Of a stretch of DNA of 64,000 bases, positions 7,309-17,528 are shown piece by piece (the stretch's first letter is position 1; every line of letters begins with the position of its first letter). This DNA comes from Microgenomates group bacterium. GTDB lineage: Bacteria > Patescibacteriota > Microgenomatia > Daviesbacterales > UBA10151. The notes under the pieces are model-generated. The model worked only from the letters and a program-made list of their open reading frames with translations, did no database searches and was not told the origin of the DNA. A program made the translations under genes and the position numbers. The stretch spans positions 384,589-448,588 of the forward strand of contig JBAZXP010000001.1 in the NCBI GenBank assembly GCA_041659805.1. Direction: 5' to 3'.

Positions 7309-8307
7309 TTATTCTGATTTTATTGCGGAGACTAAAGCTGTAAATTGAGGCCCTTCAAAAACATACACAGGTTGTAAATAAGGTGAATATTCTTCCGGCT
7401 CAAAGTAAGCCAAATATACATTAGAAATGGATACTTTGGCTTGTGATGGAATTTGTGAAATATAGCCCTGCCCTGATTGTAACTGTGCATAAGCATTCTC
7501 AATCGATTGTAACGGGTAGCTGGCGGAAGTTGTCTTATCGATTTGCCAATAAATATAATTTAATTTTGGGAAACGGTCAGTTTCATTAACGGAATTAATG
7601 GCTGTTGCTGATACTAACCCACTTGACGCAGAAGAAGTGACTATTTTTAATCCATCTAAATCAGAAGGCCATAAAGATATTAAGGCTGAAGTTGAGGTAG
7701 TGGGTGTACTCTTATTATATATAACTGCACTTTTGCCGTTTGATAAATCTTCGTTTAATAAACCGGTGCCTTGTAACAATCCTTTAAACGAAGCGAGAAG
7801 CTGATCCTGGTTTATAAAGGCAGTATCTAATTTGGCTGAAACTGAAGCTTGTTTTTGATAATTAAAGTTTCCGGTGATTAAGTCTACGGTAAAAAAGTTG
7901 TTGGAATTATCAGAATACCTATATGTTGTGGGATTTAAGACTTCTCTGGCGCCAAGAAACCCGAATTTTGCAGCCAGTTTCTGAGATTCATCTGGAGCTA
8001 AAAGAGAAACGATATTTGCTCTTGGTATAAAATAAACTTTTATAATTTTCGGTAATTGGGGCAGGTTTCCTGTTTCTGTTGCAATTGAATAGGAATAATT
8101 TGATGAAGAAACAGTCGCTTTCGGGAAAACAATTTTAGGTAAAATCCCGAATTTCATATCAGGCTTTTCAATAATTGGAGGAAGTGTAGATTGATAATAG
8201 TTATACCAGACTCGATAGCCGATTGCAGAAATCGTGCCCAGAATTAATAGGGCAACAAAAGCAATTACTCCTCTTCTTGTAATGGTCGCAACTTGAGTTA
8301 ATGTCAT
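7309..8307 (-). CDS. Membrane-anchored hypothetical protein
   Basis: N-terminal TM helix; C-terminal YLQPVYVFEG. Confidence 0.7.
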   Translation of the reverse strand: MTLTQVATITRRGVIAFVALLILGTISAIGYRVWYNYYQSTLPPIIEKPDMKFGILPKIVFPKATVSSSNYSYSIATETGNLPQLPKIIKVYFIPRANIVSLLAPDESQKLAAKFGFLGAREVLNPTTYRYSDNSNNFFTVDLITGNFNYQKQASVSAKLDTAFINQDQLLASFKGLLQGTGLLNEDLSNGKSAVIYNKSTPTTSTSALISLWPSDLDGLKIVTSSASSGLVSATAINSVNETDRFPKLNYIYWQIDKTTSASYPLQSIENAYAQLQSGQGYISQIPSQAKVSISNVYLAYFEPEEYSPYLQPVYVFEGPQFTALVSAIKSE

Positions 8308-8344
8308 GGCAGATTAGTATTATTATAACTTAAGTTGGTATAAT

Positions 8345-9637
8345 ATGAAGGCTATGAACATAAAAACAAGATTTGCTCCGTCTCCGACTGGAATAATGCA
8401 CATTGGTTCTGTCAGAACCGCGCTGTATGCATATCTCGTTGCCAGACATAATAAAGGAACGTTTACCCTAAGGATTGAAGATACAGATCAAAACAGATTA
8501 GTTGAAGGGTCAGTTAATGATATTATAGACTCATTAAAATGGCTAGGATTGCAGTTTGATGAAGGCCCGATTTATCAATCGGAACGAAAGGAAGTCTATG
8601 AAAAATACGCACGTGAATTGGTGAGTAGCGGGGCAGCTTATGAAAAAGATGGTGCGATTTGGTTTAAACTTCCGGAGGATGGAAAAGTAATTTTTACAGA
8701 TATAATTGGTTCAAGAAAAATTGAGTTTGAAAATAGCAGCCAAAAAGATTTTGTGCTTTTAAAATCCGATGGATTTCCAACTTATCATTTAGCTCATGTT
8801 GTTGACGATCATCTAATGGAGACAAATCCTGTGATAAGAGCAGAAGAATGGTTGCCTTCTACCCCAAAACATATTTTGCTATTTAAGGCTTTTGGTTGGG
8901 AAGCGCCTGATTACGCACACATACCTTTAATTCTTGGTACAGACCGTTCCAAACTTTCAAAAAGACATGGAGCAAAAGGGGCAACAGAGTTTCGAAAAGA
9001 CGGTTTTTTAGCAGAAGCGATTTTAAATTATATGGCACTTTTAGGATGGACTCCACCATCGGGCAAAGAAATACTAAGTTTAGATGAGATGATTGAAGAA
9101 TTTGATTTAAAAAATGTTCACATTGCTCCAGCAGTTTTTGATCTCACAAAGCTTGAATGGATGAACGGGGAATATATCAGGAAAATGAGTGATATGGAAT
9201 TAACCAAAAGACTTCAGGAATTCTTGGTAGATCATCCCGCTCCGGAAAAAATTGGGCCTTTGGTACCTTTGATAAAAGAAAGAATAAAAACATTAGCAGA
9301 TTTCGTTCTTTTAACAAACTTTATTACCGAAGAACCTGAATACGACTTGTCAGTTTTTGAGAAGATTAAGATTGTAAACCAAAAGCAGGTATTGGAAAAG
9401 ATCAATGAAGAAATGCAAAAGCTGGGGAAAGATTGGAAGTCAGATGTTTTTGAAAAAACATTTAAAGATTTGGCGACTGAATTAGATATTAAAGTAGGGG
9501 ATATGTTTCAATTAATTAGAATTGCTGTCTCAGGACAATCAGTTACTCCTCCGCTTTTTGAAAGTATTCAGATTTTAGGAGAAGACGAAGCATTAAAAAG
9601 AGTTATGAATGTCGCTAAAAAATTCCCTAATTTTTGA
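8345..9637 (+). CDS. gltX: Glutamate-tRNA ligase
   Basis: RFAPSPTG, HIGS, LRIEDTD and KLSKR. Confidence 0.97.
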   Translation: MKAMNIKTRFAPSPTGIMHIGSVRTALYAYLVARHNKGTFTLRIEDTDQNRLVEGSVNDIIDSLKWLGLQFDEGPIYQSERKEVYEKYARELVSSGAAYEKDGAIWFKLPEDGKVIFTDIIGSRKIEFENSSQKDFVLLKSDGFPTYHLAHVVDDHLMETNPVIRAEEWLPSTPKHILLFKAFGWEAPDYAHIPLILGTDRSKLSKRHGAKGATEFRKDGFLAEAILNYMALLGWTPPSGKEILSLDEMIEEFDLKNVHIAPAVFDLTKLEWMNGEYIRKMSDMELTKRLQEFLVDHPAPEKIGPLVPLIKERIKTLADFVLLTNFITEEPEYDLSVFEKIKIVNQKQVLEKINEEMQKLGKDWKSDVFEKTFKDLATELDIKVGDMFQLIRIAVSGQSVTPPLFESIQILGEDEALKRVMNVAKKFPNF

Positions 9638-9668
9638 TAAGTTGTGCGTAAATTGATATAATTAACAA

Positions 9669-10928
9669 ATGGCACAATATATTATAGAAGGCGGTAATAA
9701 ACTTAGGGGTAAAGTTAAAATTTCCGGAAATAAAAACGAGGTTTTGCCTTGTTTGGCAGCGTGTCTTTTAACAGAGGAAGAAGTAACTTTAAAAAATGTT
9801 CCTCATACTGCTGATGTGGAGACGTCTCTGGCTATTTTCCGCGATCTTGGTGTTGAGATCTCAAGGGAAGACGGAATTGTTAAAGTAACCTGTAAAAATA
9901 TTAATAGAACAATCTTAAAAGAAGATTTGGCAAATAAATTAAGAGCGTCTGTTTTATTTGTCGGTCCGCTACTTGCCAGATTCGGAAAAGTGGAGTTTCC
10001 ACACCCAGGAGGTTGTGTAATTGGCAGAAGAAGTATTGATACACATCTTGATGGATTTAAACGTTTGGGTTTTAAATTTAGTATTCAGGGAAATAATAAC
10101 AAAGGCACACGAAGCAATGTTGATTTCAAAGACACTGAGATATTTCTAGAAGAACCTTCAGTTACAGCAACAGAAAATATTGTTTTGTCAGCTACCCTTA
10201 TTCCAGCCATAACTACTGTAAAAAATTGTGCTGTTGAACCACATGTGGTAGGACTTTGTAAGATGCTTAAAAAAATGGGAGCCGAGATCGAAGGAATCGG
10301 AACACAAACTCTTAAAATTGACGGTGGCAGTAAACTTCATGGAACAGACTATACGATCGGATCGGACAATGTTGAATTTGGTACTTATGCTGTGGCGGCT
10401 GCAGTTACGAATGGAGAAATTGAAATCGAAGGAGAAGATCTTGACGGACTTGAACCTATAACTAAACCTTTCGAAAAGATGGGTGTTAAATTCGAAAAAA
10501 CAGATTCCGGTATTAAAGTTTCTGTAGGAGCACTGAAGGCAACTCCCCAGCTTCGTGTGAATGTTTGGCCGGGTTTTCCGACAGATATGATGAGTGCAGC
10601 AATTGTTTTGGCAACTCAAGCTAGAGGAGTTACACTTTGTCATGACTGGATGTATGAATCAAGAATGTTTTTCGTTGATAAGTTGATTACAATGGGAGCA
10701 AACATTACTTTGGCAGATCCTCACCGGGCATTAGTTTCAGGACCAACAAAATTAAGGGGTAAAAATTTAGATACACCAGACCTTCGGGCGGGTATGGCTT
10801 TGGTAATCGCTGCTTTGAGTGCAAAAGGCACCAGTGTTATAAATAGGGCAGAGCTAATCGAACGGGGTTATGAAGATGTAGTTATGAAACTCACAAATCT
10901 GGGCGCATCAATTAAAAGAGTAGAATAA
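9669..10928 (+). CDS. murA: UDP-N-acetylglucosamine 1-carboxyvinyltransferase
   Basis: SGNKN, LRAS, PGGCVIGRR, PGFPTD, DLRAG and IERGYE. Confidence 0.95.
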   Translation: MAQYIIEGGNKLRGKVKISGNKNEVLPCLAACLLTEEEVTLKNVPHTADVETSLAIFRDLGVEISREDGIVKVTCKNINRTILKEDLANKLRASVLFVGPLLARFGKVEFPHPGGCVIGRRSIDTHLDGFKRLGFKFSIQGNNNKGTRSNVDFKDTEIFLEEPSVTATENIVLSATLIPAITTVKNCAVEPHVVGLCKMLKKMGAEIEGIGTQTLKIDGGSKLHGTDYTIGSDNVEFGTYAVAAAVTNGEIEIEGEDLDGLEPITKPFEKMGVKFEKTDSGIKVSVGALKATPQLRVNVWPGFPTDMMSAAIVLATQARGVTLCHDWMYESRMFFVDKLITMGANITLADPHRALVSGPTKLRGKNLDTPDLRAGMALVIAALSAKGTSVINRAELIERGYEDVVMKLTNLGASIKRVE

Positions 10929-10929
10929 T

Positions 10930-11268
10930 TTAGCCTAATTTATTAATAAACCAATTCAATAGAGATAATACCATTCCGAAAATAACTGCCCACCAAAAAC
11001 TATCAACCCTGAATCCCGGTACAAAAACTGTAGCCAGCATTATTAAAGCAGCATTGATGATTAAAGTAAAAAGACCTAAGGATAAAACATTAATAGGTAG
11101 GGTGAGAAGCAGCAAGATAGGTTTTAAGATAGCATTAATAATTCCTAAAACAACAGCGAGTACCAAGGCAGTTAAGAAATTATCAACATGAACTCCTTTG
11201 TCTTGAAAAAGATAGGCAGCCAGAAAAATAACTAATCCACTTATAAACCAGTTAATTAAAATCTTCAT
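10930..11268 (-). CDS. YvlD/DUF360-type 4-TM membrane protein ('phage holin family')
   Basis: NAILKPIL.LLTLP...LGLF.LIINA pattern. Confidence 0.85.
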   Translation of the reverse strand: MKILINWFISGLVIFLAAYLFQDKGVHVDNFLTALVLAVVLGIINAILKPILLLLTLPINVLSLGLFTLIINAALIMLATVFVPGFRVDSFWWAVIFGMVLSLLNWFINKLG

Positions 11269-11322
11269 AGATTAATCATATACATTAAAAATTTGAAAAT
11301 CAAGGAATCCTTGAAAAAGAAA

Positions 11323-11589
11323 TTATTTTGAGGCTAAAGCAATTAGTTTGTCTTCAGCAGTTTTTTCGAGTCTCTTTTGTCTGGCCATTTCCTGTTCGTT
11401 TTTAAGCTCAATGCGCTTAGAAGTTCTTTTATCAATTTCATCCTGGCAGGCTTTATTGGAACATCGGTAGGTATTTTGAGTCATTGGGGCAAAGCTTCGT
11501 TCTGATTTTAAAGTTGTAGTTTTTTGCAAGACTAAATCTTCCCCACACTGATTACATTTACGCTTAGTTTCTGAAGATGTATTATTCAC
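11323..11589 (-). CDS. Small Zn-ribbon hypothetical protein
   Basis: CNQC and CSNKAC, with a charged helical tail. Confidence 0.65.
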   Translation of the reverse strand: MNNTSSETKRKCNQCGEDLVLQKTTTLKSERSFAPMTQNTYRCSNKACQDEIDKRTSKRIELKNEQEMARQKRLEKTAEDKLIALASK

Positions 11590-11619
11590 GTTTGTGTATT
11601 ATAACACATTCAAGCTACT

Positions 11620-11811
11620 TTAGTCAGAGGAAAGTTTGTACCCAACAATAATACCGATAATTGCTCCGATACTGCTGGTGATGACTGAAGTATAGGAAAT
11701 TGCATCTACTCCGAATAATGTTGGCAAATAACCTCCGATAATTGATCCTACGGTCATTCCCACAAAAATTAAGAATTTTGAAGGCATAATGAGATAAAAA
11801 TATTGTATCAC
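11620..11811 (-). CDS. Small two-TM membrane protein
   Basis: Gly-rich hydrophobic segments; the true start may be MPSKF. Confidence 0.65.
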   Translation of the reverse strand: MIQYFYLIMPSKFLIFVGMTVGSIIGGYLPTLFGVDAISYTSVITSSIGAIIGIIVGYKLSSD

Positions 11812-12026
11812 AAAGGGTCTTTAGCGATGCTCTTACTGATACTGGATTTCTATTACCTAATCTGTTTAGATTTATATATTGTAATATTTTTGTTATTTAA
11901 AGGAGGTGAGGATAATGAGCTTTGATCCAGAGCCAACAGAAGAATAAATATAGATATCTCTAAATCTTCATTCAAGATTTACTCCATTGATAAATTTTTA
12001 TCCTTGGAGATAAATTTTTAATTGAC

Positions 12027-12482
12027 TTATTGTTTTCTAAGACCCAAAGATTCAGGGGAAATAGCTCTATTACTTTCGATCAATGTTTTAATTTGATCGC
12101 TGTATTTATTTAAATATTCCTTAAAATAATTAGAAAGGTTTAAGGATACTGTCTCATCTATACTAAAAAAATCCAACTTTTGTCCTTCTCTGCCTAGTTT
12201 TATATGTTTATGTTCTTCTTCAGTTATTTTTGCCAAATATCTTTCGACAACGCTTCCATCGTTGTAGGTTTGCGTGCCTAAATAAATTAGATTCTTAGGG
12301 ATAATATTTATTTCCTCTCGTAGTTCTCTTTTCGCCGCATTTTCAGTTGTCTCGTTTTCTTCTATGCCACCACCTGGTAGATTCCATGTATTTGGTGAAG
12401 GAATTTCAGAATCGTTGTCTCGTAAGATTAAAAGAATTTTTTTATCAAAAACCACAAATATTTTCACTCCAGGTTTTTTCAT
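12027..12482 (-). CDS. NUDIX hydrolase
   Basis: PGGGIEENETTENAAKRELREEI Nudix box. Confidence 0.92.
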   Translation of the reverse strand: MKKPGVKIFVVFDKKILLILRDNDSEIPSPNTWNLPGGGIEENETTENAAKRELREEINIIPKNLIYLGTQTYNDGSVVERYLAKITEEEHKHIKLGREGQKLDFFSIDETVSLNLSNYFKEYLNKYSDQIKTLIESNRAISPESLGLRKQ

Positions 12483-12486
12483 ATTT

Positions 12487-12996
12487 TTAAAAATGGATTT
12501 TTGAGATGCTAACTGATTTGATTTTTTCGTCTTTATTTAGTTTTGCAGTCATAAAGAAAAGATTTTTTTCTTCGATTACATCTTTAAAACAGTAATTTAA
12601 ATCATCCACGAGTTCAAAATTACTATCTAAAACTTTATTTTTATTAATCCAAACTAATTTTCCATCTTCCGTATTTTCTCCAAGGGGGATTTTTTTGGAA
12701 GATACTTTAATTTTGAAAAAACACATAACCCAATCTTCACTATAACCGCCTTCTAGTTTTACGATTCCGGAGAGTTTTATATCTTCCGGAGAAACTTTGT
12801 AGCCGGTTTCTTCCTCTGTTTCTCTAATTGCCGCGTCTAGATAATTTTCTCCAGGTTCAACTCTGCCTCCCACTCCATTAAGCCTATTAGGGTCCAGTCT
12901 TTTGTGTTTTCCTCTGTGCAAGAAAAGATAATCGTCATCACAATAAAGAAAATTTGTTACTGAACATTGTACTTTTCTAATATATTTTTCTTCCAT
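12487..12996 (-). CDS. NUDIX hydrolase (MutT/MTH1-like)
   Basis: NGVGGRVEPGE...AAIRETEEETG. Confidence 0.92.
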   Translation of the reverse strand: MEEKYIRKVQCSVTNFLYCDDDYLFLHRGKHKRLDPNRLNGVGGRVEPGENYLDAAIRETEEETGYKVSPEDIKLSGIVKLEGGYSEDWVMCFFKIKVSSKKIPLGENTEDGKLVWINKNKVLDSNFELVDDLNYCFKDVIEEKNLFFMTAKLNKDEKIKSVSISKIHF

Positions 12997-13030
12997 ACAC
13001 GAAGTATATCAAAAGTGCTAGGATAATTTA

Positions 13031-14482
13031 GTGAAGATTGTTAAAAAACATTATATTTTCTTAATCATTTTTTTTGTAACTGCTTTTTTGCGTCTTTACC
13101 GTCTGGATTATTTAACTACGTTTGGTCGGGATCAGGGAATAGACTTTTTAACAATCAGAGATATAATTGTTAATCATAAACTGACTTTAATAGGGATAAA
13201 GGTTTCTTTGGCTGATTTTTTTCAGGGTCCGGTTTATCTATATTTGTTAACTCCTCTATTTTATTCTTTCAAATTGAATCCTCTTGCAGGAGCAATAACT
13301 GCTGTCATCATTTCTTTACTAACGATAACAACTCTTTATTATATTGTTTTAAAAATATTTAACATGAGAGCAGCTAATTTAGCTGCCATTTTTTTTGCGG
13401 TTTCACCTCAGTTGGTTATGTTCGGTAACACACCTCTTTACCAAAATTTCACCCCTTTATTTATTTTGTTGGGAATTTGGTTTTTGTACAAAGCGTTGAT
13501 TGGAAAAATAAAAACTTCTAAGCAATATTTTTATATGTTTTTGACAGGATTTTTTATCGGAATAGGATTAGAACTTCACTTTTTGGTTATTTCGCTTGCA
13601 TTGGCATTAATTATTTATTTGATTCTTTTTACAAAAAATTTTTTAAAACTTTTAATTTTTTATTTTTTTGGATTAATAATTGCTGCAAGCCCCACAATTA
13701 TTTTTGAATTAAAGCATAATTTTTTAAATATTCATCTTCTGATAAACTATTTAAGCGGTAGGGAACAAAATCATTTATCATTCTTGTCTATTTGGTTAGA
13801 AAGATTAAATTTCTTTACTTTTAATGATTATAATTTTTTAATTATAGTTCCTTTACTATTCGGTATTTATCTCCTTTTAACAAAAGTTAAAAATCTATCT
13901 AATAATTTTTTATTTTTTAAAAAAATATCTTTAATTACTATGATAATTATTTTTATTTTTGCGATTAAATTAAGTGCTTTCGGAACTCATTATTTCTTAC
14001 CTCTTTTAATGTTGTTGCTAATTATTATTCCTGCAGTATTATCACTTATTAAATCGGAAAGATTCACAAATTTAATTTGTATTTTTTTTCTGGGAGCAAA
14101 TTTTGTAATCACTATTTTCCAGCTGAATAATAATCATGGATATTTTATGCCGGATGGATGGAGTCTGAATAAGATAGAACAAACCTCAAAGATTATTAGT
14201 GTAAGTGTGGGATCCCACCCTAACTTTAATGTGGCTTCGTTACTTGATGGAGATACCAGAACATATCCTGTAAGATACATGCTGACTGTTGCCGGAAGTC
14301 CGTCGGAGGATTTTACAACATATCCAAGTAATAATTATTTGTATGTTACAGGAAGAGATAAAAAACAAATTATTAATTCTGACGTATGGGAAATTTCATC
14401 CCTTCGCCCTTTTAAAGTAGAACAAGAATGGGATATGGGAGACGGAATTATCCTTTTTCTTTTAGCAAGGATCAGATCTTAA
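13031..14482 (+). CDS. GT-C fold polytopic glycosyltransferase (ArnT/PMT-like)
   Basis: LRLYRL...F.RDQ, GP.Y.YL and FAVSP; about 11 TM segments. Confidence 0.8.
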   Translation: MKIVKKHYIFLIIFFVTAFLRLYRLDYLTTFGRDQGIDFLTIRDIIVNHKLTLIGIKVSLADFFQGPVYLYLLTPLFYSFKLNPLAGAITAVIISLLTITTLYYIVLKIFNMRAANLAAIFFAVSPQLVMFGNTPLYQNFTPLFILLGIWFLYKALIGKIKTSKQYFYMFLTGFFIGIGLELHFLVISLALALIIYLILFTKNFLKLLIFYFFGLIIAASPTIIFELKHNFLNIHLLINYLSGREQNHLSFLSIWLERLNFFTFNDYNFLIIVPLLFGIYLLLTKVKNLSNNFLFFKKISLITMIIIFIFAIKLSAFGTHYFLPLLMLLLIIIPAVLSLIKSERFTNLICIFFLGANFVITIFQLNNNHGYFMPDGWSLNKIEQTSKIISVSVGSHPNFNVASLLDGDTRTYPVRYMLTVAGSPSEDFTTYPSNNYLYVTGRDKKQIINSDVWEISSLRPFKVEQEWDMGDGIILFLLARIRS

Positions 14483-14484
14483 CA

Positions 14485-14664
14485 TTACATCCCCAAAAGC
14501 TCTAAGACTTTATATAAAATTACTCCTGGCCAGAAGATTGCTTTTAAAATTCCTAAAACAAAAGCTACAGGAGTAGCAGCATGTTGAATAAAATAAACCA
14601 GAGCTCCCAAAACTCCAATTCCATAAATAGCGCCGCCACCTGCACCACAAATATTGCCTCTCAT
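14485..14664 (-). CDS. Small membrane protein (59 aa), below the ORF-track cutoff
   Basis: SD AAGGAGGTGA; MRGNICGAGGGAIYGIGVLGALVYFIQHAATPVAFVLGILKAIFWPGVILYKVLELLGM. Confidence 0.8.
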   Translation of the reverse strand: MRGNICGAGGGAIYGIGVLGALVYFIQHAATPVAFVLGILKAIFWPGVILYKVLELLGM

Positions 14665-14756
14665 TTCCTCACCTCCTTATTTAAGTATTCTATTCTCTTG
14701 TTAACGTGTCAAGTTGGATTTCTTCATAAGATTATCGATTATGTTAAAGTTAAATA

Positions 14757-15332
14757 ATGGAAGCAGAGTTAGAGGTGGTTAGTACCAAATGGAAACATTG
14801 GCATTATAAAAACACTTTTCTTCTTATACTGAGTCTGATTATTTTCTTTTTGTTAGCAGATACCCCTTTTGTCAAAAATATTATCAGTTATATTGGGAAT
14901 TTTGGATATCTGGGGGCTTTTTTCGCAGGAATATTATTTGTATCTGTTTTTACAGTAGCCCCGGCATCAATAGTTTTATTTTATTTAGCAGAATCATTAA
15001 ATCCTCTCGGAATAGCTTTGGCAGCAGGTACAGGAGGAATGATAGGAGATTATTTGATATTTAAATATCTAAAAGATGAAGTCTTCGGTGAACTGAAACC
15101 TATACTTATACATCATGAAGGTAAACTTTTACAAAAAATATTTAGAACTCCTTATTTTGCTTGGATAGTTCCTATTATTGGGGCTGTAATAATTATGTCA
15201 CCTTTTCCTGATGAAGTAGGGATCGGATTAATGGGGGTCTCAAAAATGAAGACCTGGCAGTTGATGGGGCTTTTATATCTTCTGGATGTAGTAGGGATAT
15301 TTTTGATAGTAATAGCAGCCAGATCTTTTTGA
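14757..15332 (+). CDS. Polytopic membrane protein (VTT/DedA-like)
   Basis: GGMIGDYLIF and SPFPDE motifs; about 5 TM segments. Confidence 0.65.
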   Translation: MEAELEVVSTKWKHWHYKNTFLLILSLIIFFLLADTPFVKNIISYIGNFGYLGAFFAGILFVSVFTVAPASIVLFYLAESLNPLGIALAAGTGGMIGDYLIFKYLKDEVFGELKPILIHHEGKLLQKIFRTPYFAWIVPIIGAVIIMSPFPDEVGIGLMGVSKMKTWQLMGLLYLLDVVGIFLIVIAARSF

Positions 15333-15396
15333 TATAACGTATGCCCACCCTTCTAGCTATGGCTATAGTAAGAGATGACGGACGAAGTTCTTGTAT

Positions 15397-16041
15397 TTAT
15401 TTCAGTATGCCTGCTTTATATAAATCCTCTACCAATTGTTCCTTGTCTTTGTTGAGGAGCAACATTTGCTCTCTTATTTCAGAATCAGTCAGAACTATTT
15501 TTTCACCTGAATTATATTTTTCCCGATGAAGGGCATCATAAACATCCGCTAAAGCCAACATTCTGCCATGTTCAAGTATTAAAGCTTGAGTATCTTGAGG
15601 GTATGAACGTAGATATGGTGGTAATTCTTTTGGGTATCCATTGGGTTGAAAATAATGATGCAAGACTATAATATCAGCAGTAAAACCAAATCTGTTTTTT
15701 ATTAAATTGTATCCATCCATAACATGAGACTGAATAATCTGGGCGTCTTGAGTACTCCAACCATATGTTTTACCCAAAACTTCAAGAGGTACCTGGTATT
15801 TTCCTATATCGTGGACTAGTCCTGCAAAAAGTGATGCTTTCTGGTCCATATGCAAAAATTCTCCAATTTCTCTTGTCTTTAATCCTACTCTGATTGAATG
15901 TTCTCCGTGAAGTTTGGTGATAGGACTTTTTGTCATTAATAAATCCAGATAAGATAAAAGAGTTGTCTGGTCTTCAGGTTTTACTTGGCATGTTTCAAAA
16001 GCATTTTGAAGTTGAATATCCAGCTCGTTTTGTTCAAGCAT
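15397..16041 (-). CDS. HD-domain (HD-GYP-like) phosphohydrolase
   Basis: HSIRV, LVHDIGK, HH, NGYP and ADVYDAL. Confidence 0.85.
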   Translation of the reverse strand: MLEQNELDIQLQNAFETCQVKPEDQTTLLSYLDLLMTKSPITKLHGEHSIRVGLKTREIGEFLHMDQKASLFAGLVHDIGKYQVPLEVLGKTYGWSTQDAQIIQSHVMDGYNLIKNRFGFTADIIVLHHYFQPNGYPKELPPYLRSYPQDTQALILEHGRMLALADVYDALHREKYNSGEKIVLTDSEIREQMLLLNKDKEQLVEDLYKAGILK

Positions 16042-16076
16042 AGCCAGATTATAACACTACCAAAAACATGAGATGA

Positions 16077-16092
16077 GCTGCGGGACTTGGAT
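16077..16092. repeat. att core, distal copy (duplicate of the tRNA-Gln 3' end)
   Basis: GCTGCGGGACTTGGAT, identical to 33566-33581. Confidence 0.92.
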
Positions 16093-16305
16093 AATACACC
16101 CAGTCCACCTTTGGTGGACTGTCGAACCCGCTTCACCACTGTGTGGAGCGCGTAATCCTCTGTCCAATAGTCCGTACCAAGTCCAAATGCCCCACAAAAG
16201 TGGGACTTTGTGCCTTTGCTGCCCGACGTATAAACAGTTCGTACTGCAATTAGCCTGGCTCGAACAATTAAGACAAGTATATCACCAAAGCGAGGAGGAA
16301 AAAGA

Positions 16306-16821
16306 ATGATATTTTCCTTCTGGAATTCTAAAGAATCTTCTGATTCATTGGTAAAATCTAAATTATTTGATGAAAACACTTTCTATGAAGCATTTATCAA
16401 AGACTTGAATAGATGCAAAGAAGAAGTAATTATTGAAAGTCCATATATTACTTGTAAACGGATGGATTTATTAGAATCCATATTTCAAAAACTGATGAAA
16501 CATGGAGTAAAAGTGTATATAATTACTCGTGACCCAAGAGAGCATGAGGAAAAGCTAGCAAGGCAAGCTGAGTTAGAGATTAGTATTTTTGAAGAGATGG
16601 GTGTACAAGTTTTACTATGTGCGGGGAATCATCATAGAAAATTAGCAATTCTGGATAGAAAAATATTGTGGGAAGGTAGCCTGAACATCTTGTCACAGAT
16701 GTACAGCCGTGAAATTATGCGAAGAATAGAAAGTGAAGCACTAACAAAGCAGATGTTTAATTTTTTGAATTTGGGTAAACTTACTAAGGAAAATTCTTTT
16801 ATAAAAAGGATGTTTTTATGA
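16306..16821 (+). CDS. Phospholipase D-like (single HKD) domain protein, possible nuclease
   Basis: IESPYI and HHRKLAILD...WEGSLN (HxKxxxxD...GSxN). Confidence 0.85.
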   Translation: MIFSFWNSKESSDSLVKSKLFDENTFYEAFIKDLNRCKEEVIIESPYITCKRMDLLESIFQKLMKHGVKVYIITRDPREHEEKLARQAELEISIFEEMGVQVLLCAGNHHRKLAILDRKILWEGSLNILSQMYSREIMRRIESEALTKQMFNFLNLGKLTKENSFIKRMFL

Positions 16822-17057
16822 GTGAAAGTAAAATACCTGAAGATTGGTTAAAGAAAAATGGCTATAAACTCAAAATAGTTTACAGCTACGCTGTCGTTAA
16901 TAAATTAAACATTAAATCAAAAGAGGAAGTATTAAAGATTCTCCAAGTAACTGATCCTGAAAACGCAAATGAAGAACAAGCTGAAATTTATTCAAAAATG
17001 TTGCAGTTATTTGGAAGTAGATTTAGAAAAACAATAGAAAAGAACTTAGTAGATTAA
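16818..17057 (+). CDS. Hypothetical protein
   Basis: ORF coupled to the PLD gene by an ATGA overlap. Confidence 0.6.
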   Translation: MSESKIPEDWLKKNGYKLKIVYSYAVVNKLNIKSKEEVLKILQVTDPENANEEQAEIYSKMLQLFGSRFRKTIEKNLVD

Positions 17058-17059
17058 AA

Positions 17060-17281
17060 TTATCCCTTTTTAGCCACGATTTTAAGACCAAGAACTTTAA
17101 GTATTCTTTCAAGGTTAGCAAAAGCTGGGTTAGATTCTCCTCTTTCTGTCATTGCATAAAAAGTTTCAGTGACTTTTGCTTCTTTTGCAACTTGAGCTTG
17201 AGTTAAGCCCTTCTTCTCTCGGGCTTCTTTTATCTGAGCTGCTAGCTTTGGATCTATCTTTTCTTTCTTATCAGTATTCAT
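17060..17281 (-). CDS. XRE-family HTH regulator
   Basis: IKEAREKKGLTQAQVA...ERGESNP..NLERI. Confidence 0.9.
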   Translation of the reverse strand: MNTDKKEKIDPKLAAQIKEAREKKGLTQAQVAKEAKVTETFYAMTERGESNPAFANLERILKVLGLKIVAKKG

Positions 17282-17384
17282 AAATATATTTATAGTATAG
17301 CACTTTCAGAACATAAAATAAACTATGGGTCAAACTTGAAAGAAGACTAGACAAAATTCTGCAAATTTTGATATATTATCAATA

Positions 17385-17528
17385 ATGAGTGACTTAAAAG
17401 AAGCAATCAAGCTTAAAGATCCTGAGAAGATAGCAGAAATAATCCTAGCTGGTTTTCAACAGCTTGATGAGGATCTAAAAGAACAAGCAAAGCTTAAGAA
17501 ATCATCAAAGTCAAAAAAGAAAAACTAA
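17385..17528 (+). CDS. Small hypothetical protein (47 aa), divergent from the XRE gene
   Basis: MSDLKEAIKLKDPEKIAEIILAGFQQLDEDLKEQAKLKKSSKSKKKN; TAGACA...TATTAT promoter-like sequence just upstream. Confidence 0.5.
   Translation: MSDLKEAIKLKDPEKIAEIILAGFQQLDEDLKEQAKLKKSSKSKKKN

Noticed and set aside
10930-11268. 'Holin' as evidence for a prophage
   Set aside because: YvlD/DUF360 proteins are common chromosomal membrane proteins, and no phage genes are nearby.
16101-16140. tRNA-like remnant (GGTGGACTGTCGAACCC) and a 9-bp hairpin near the distal att
   Set aside because: I could not build a cloverleaf. The hairpin CAGTCCACC-TTT-GGTGGACTG is real, but I cannot assign it a function.
16073-16309. 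78-aa ORF as an independent gene
   Set aside because: It starts at the att junction with no SD or promoter, so it is treated as the alternative integrase tail instead.
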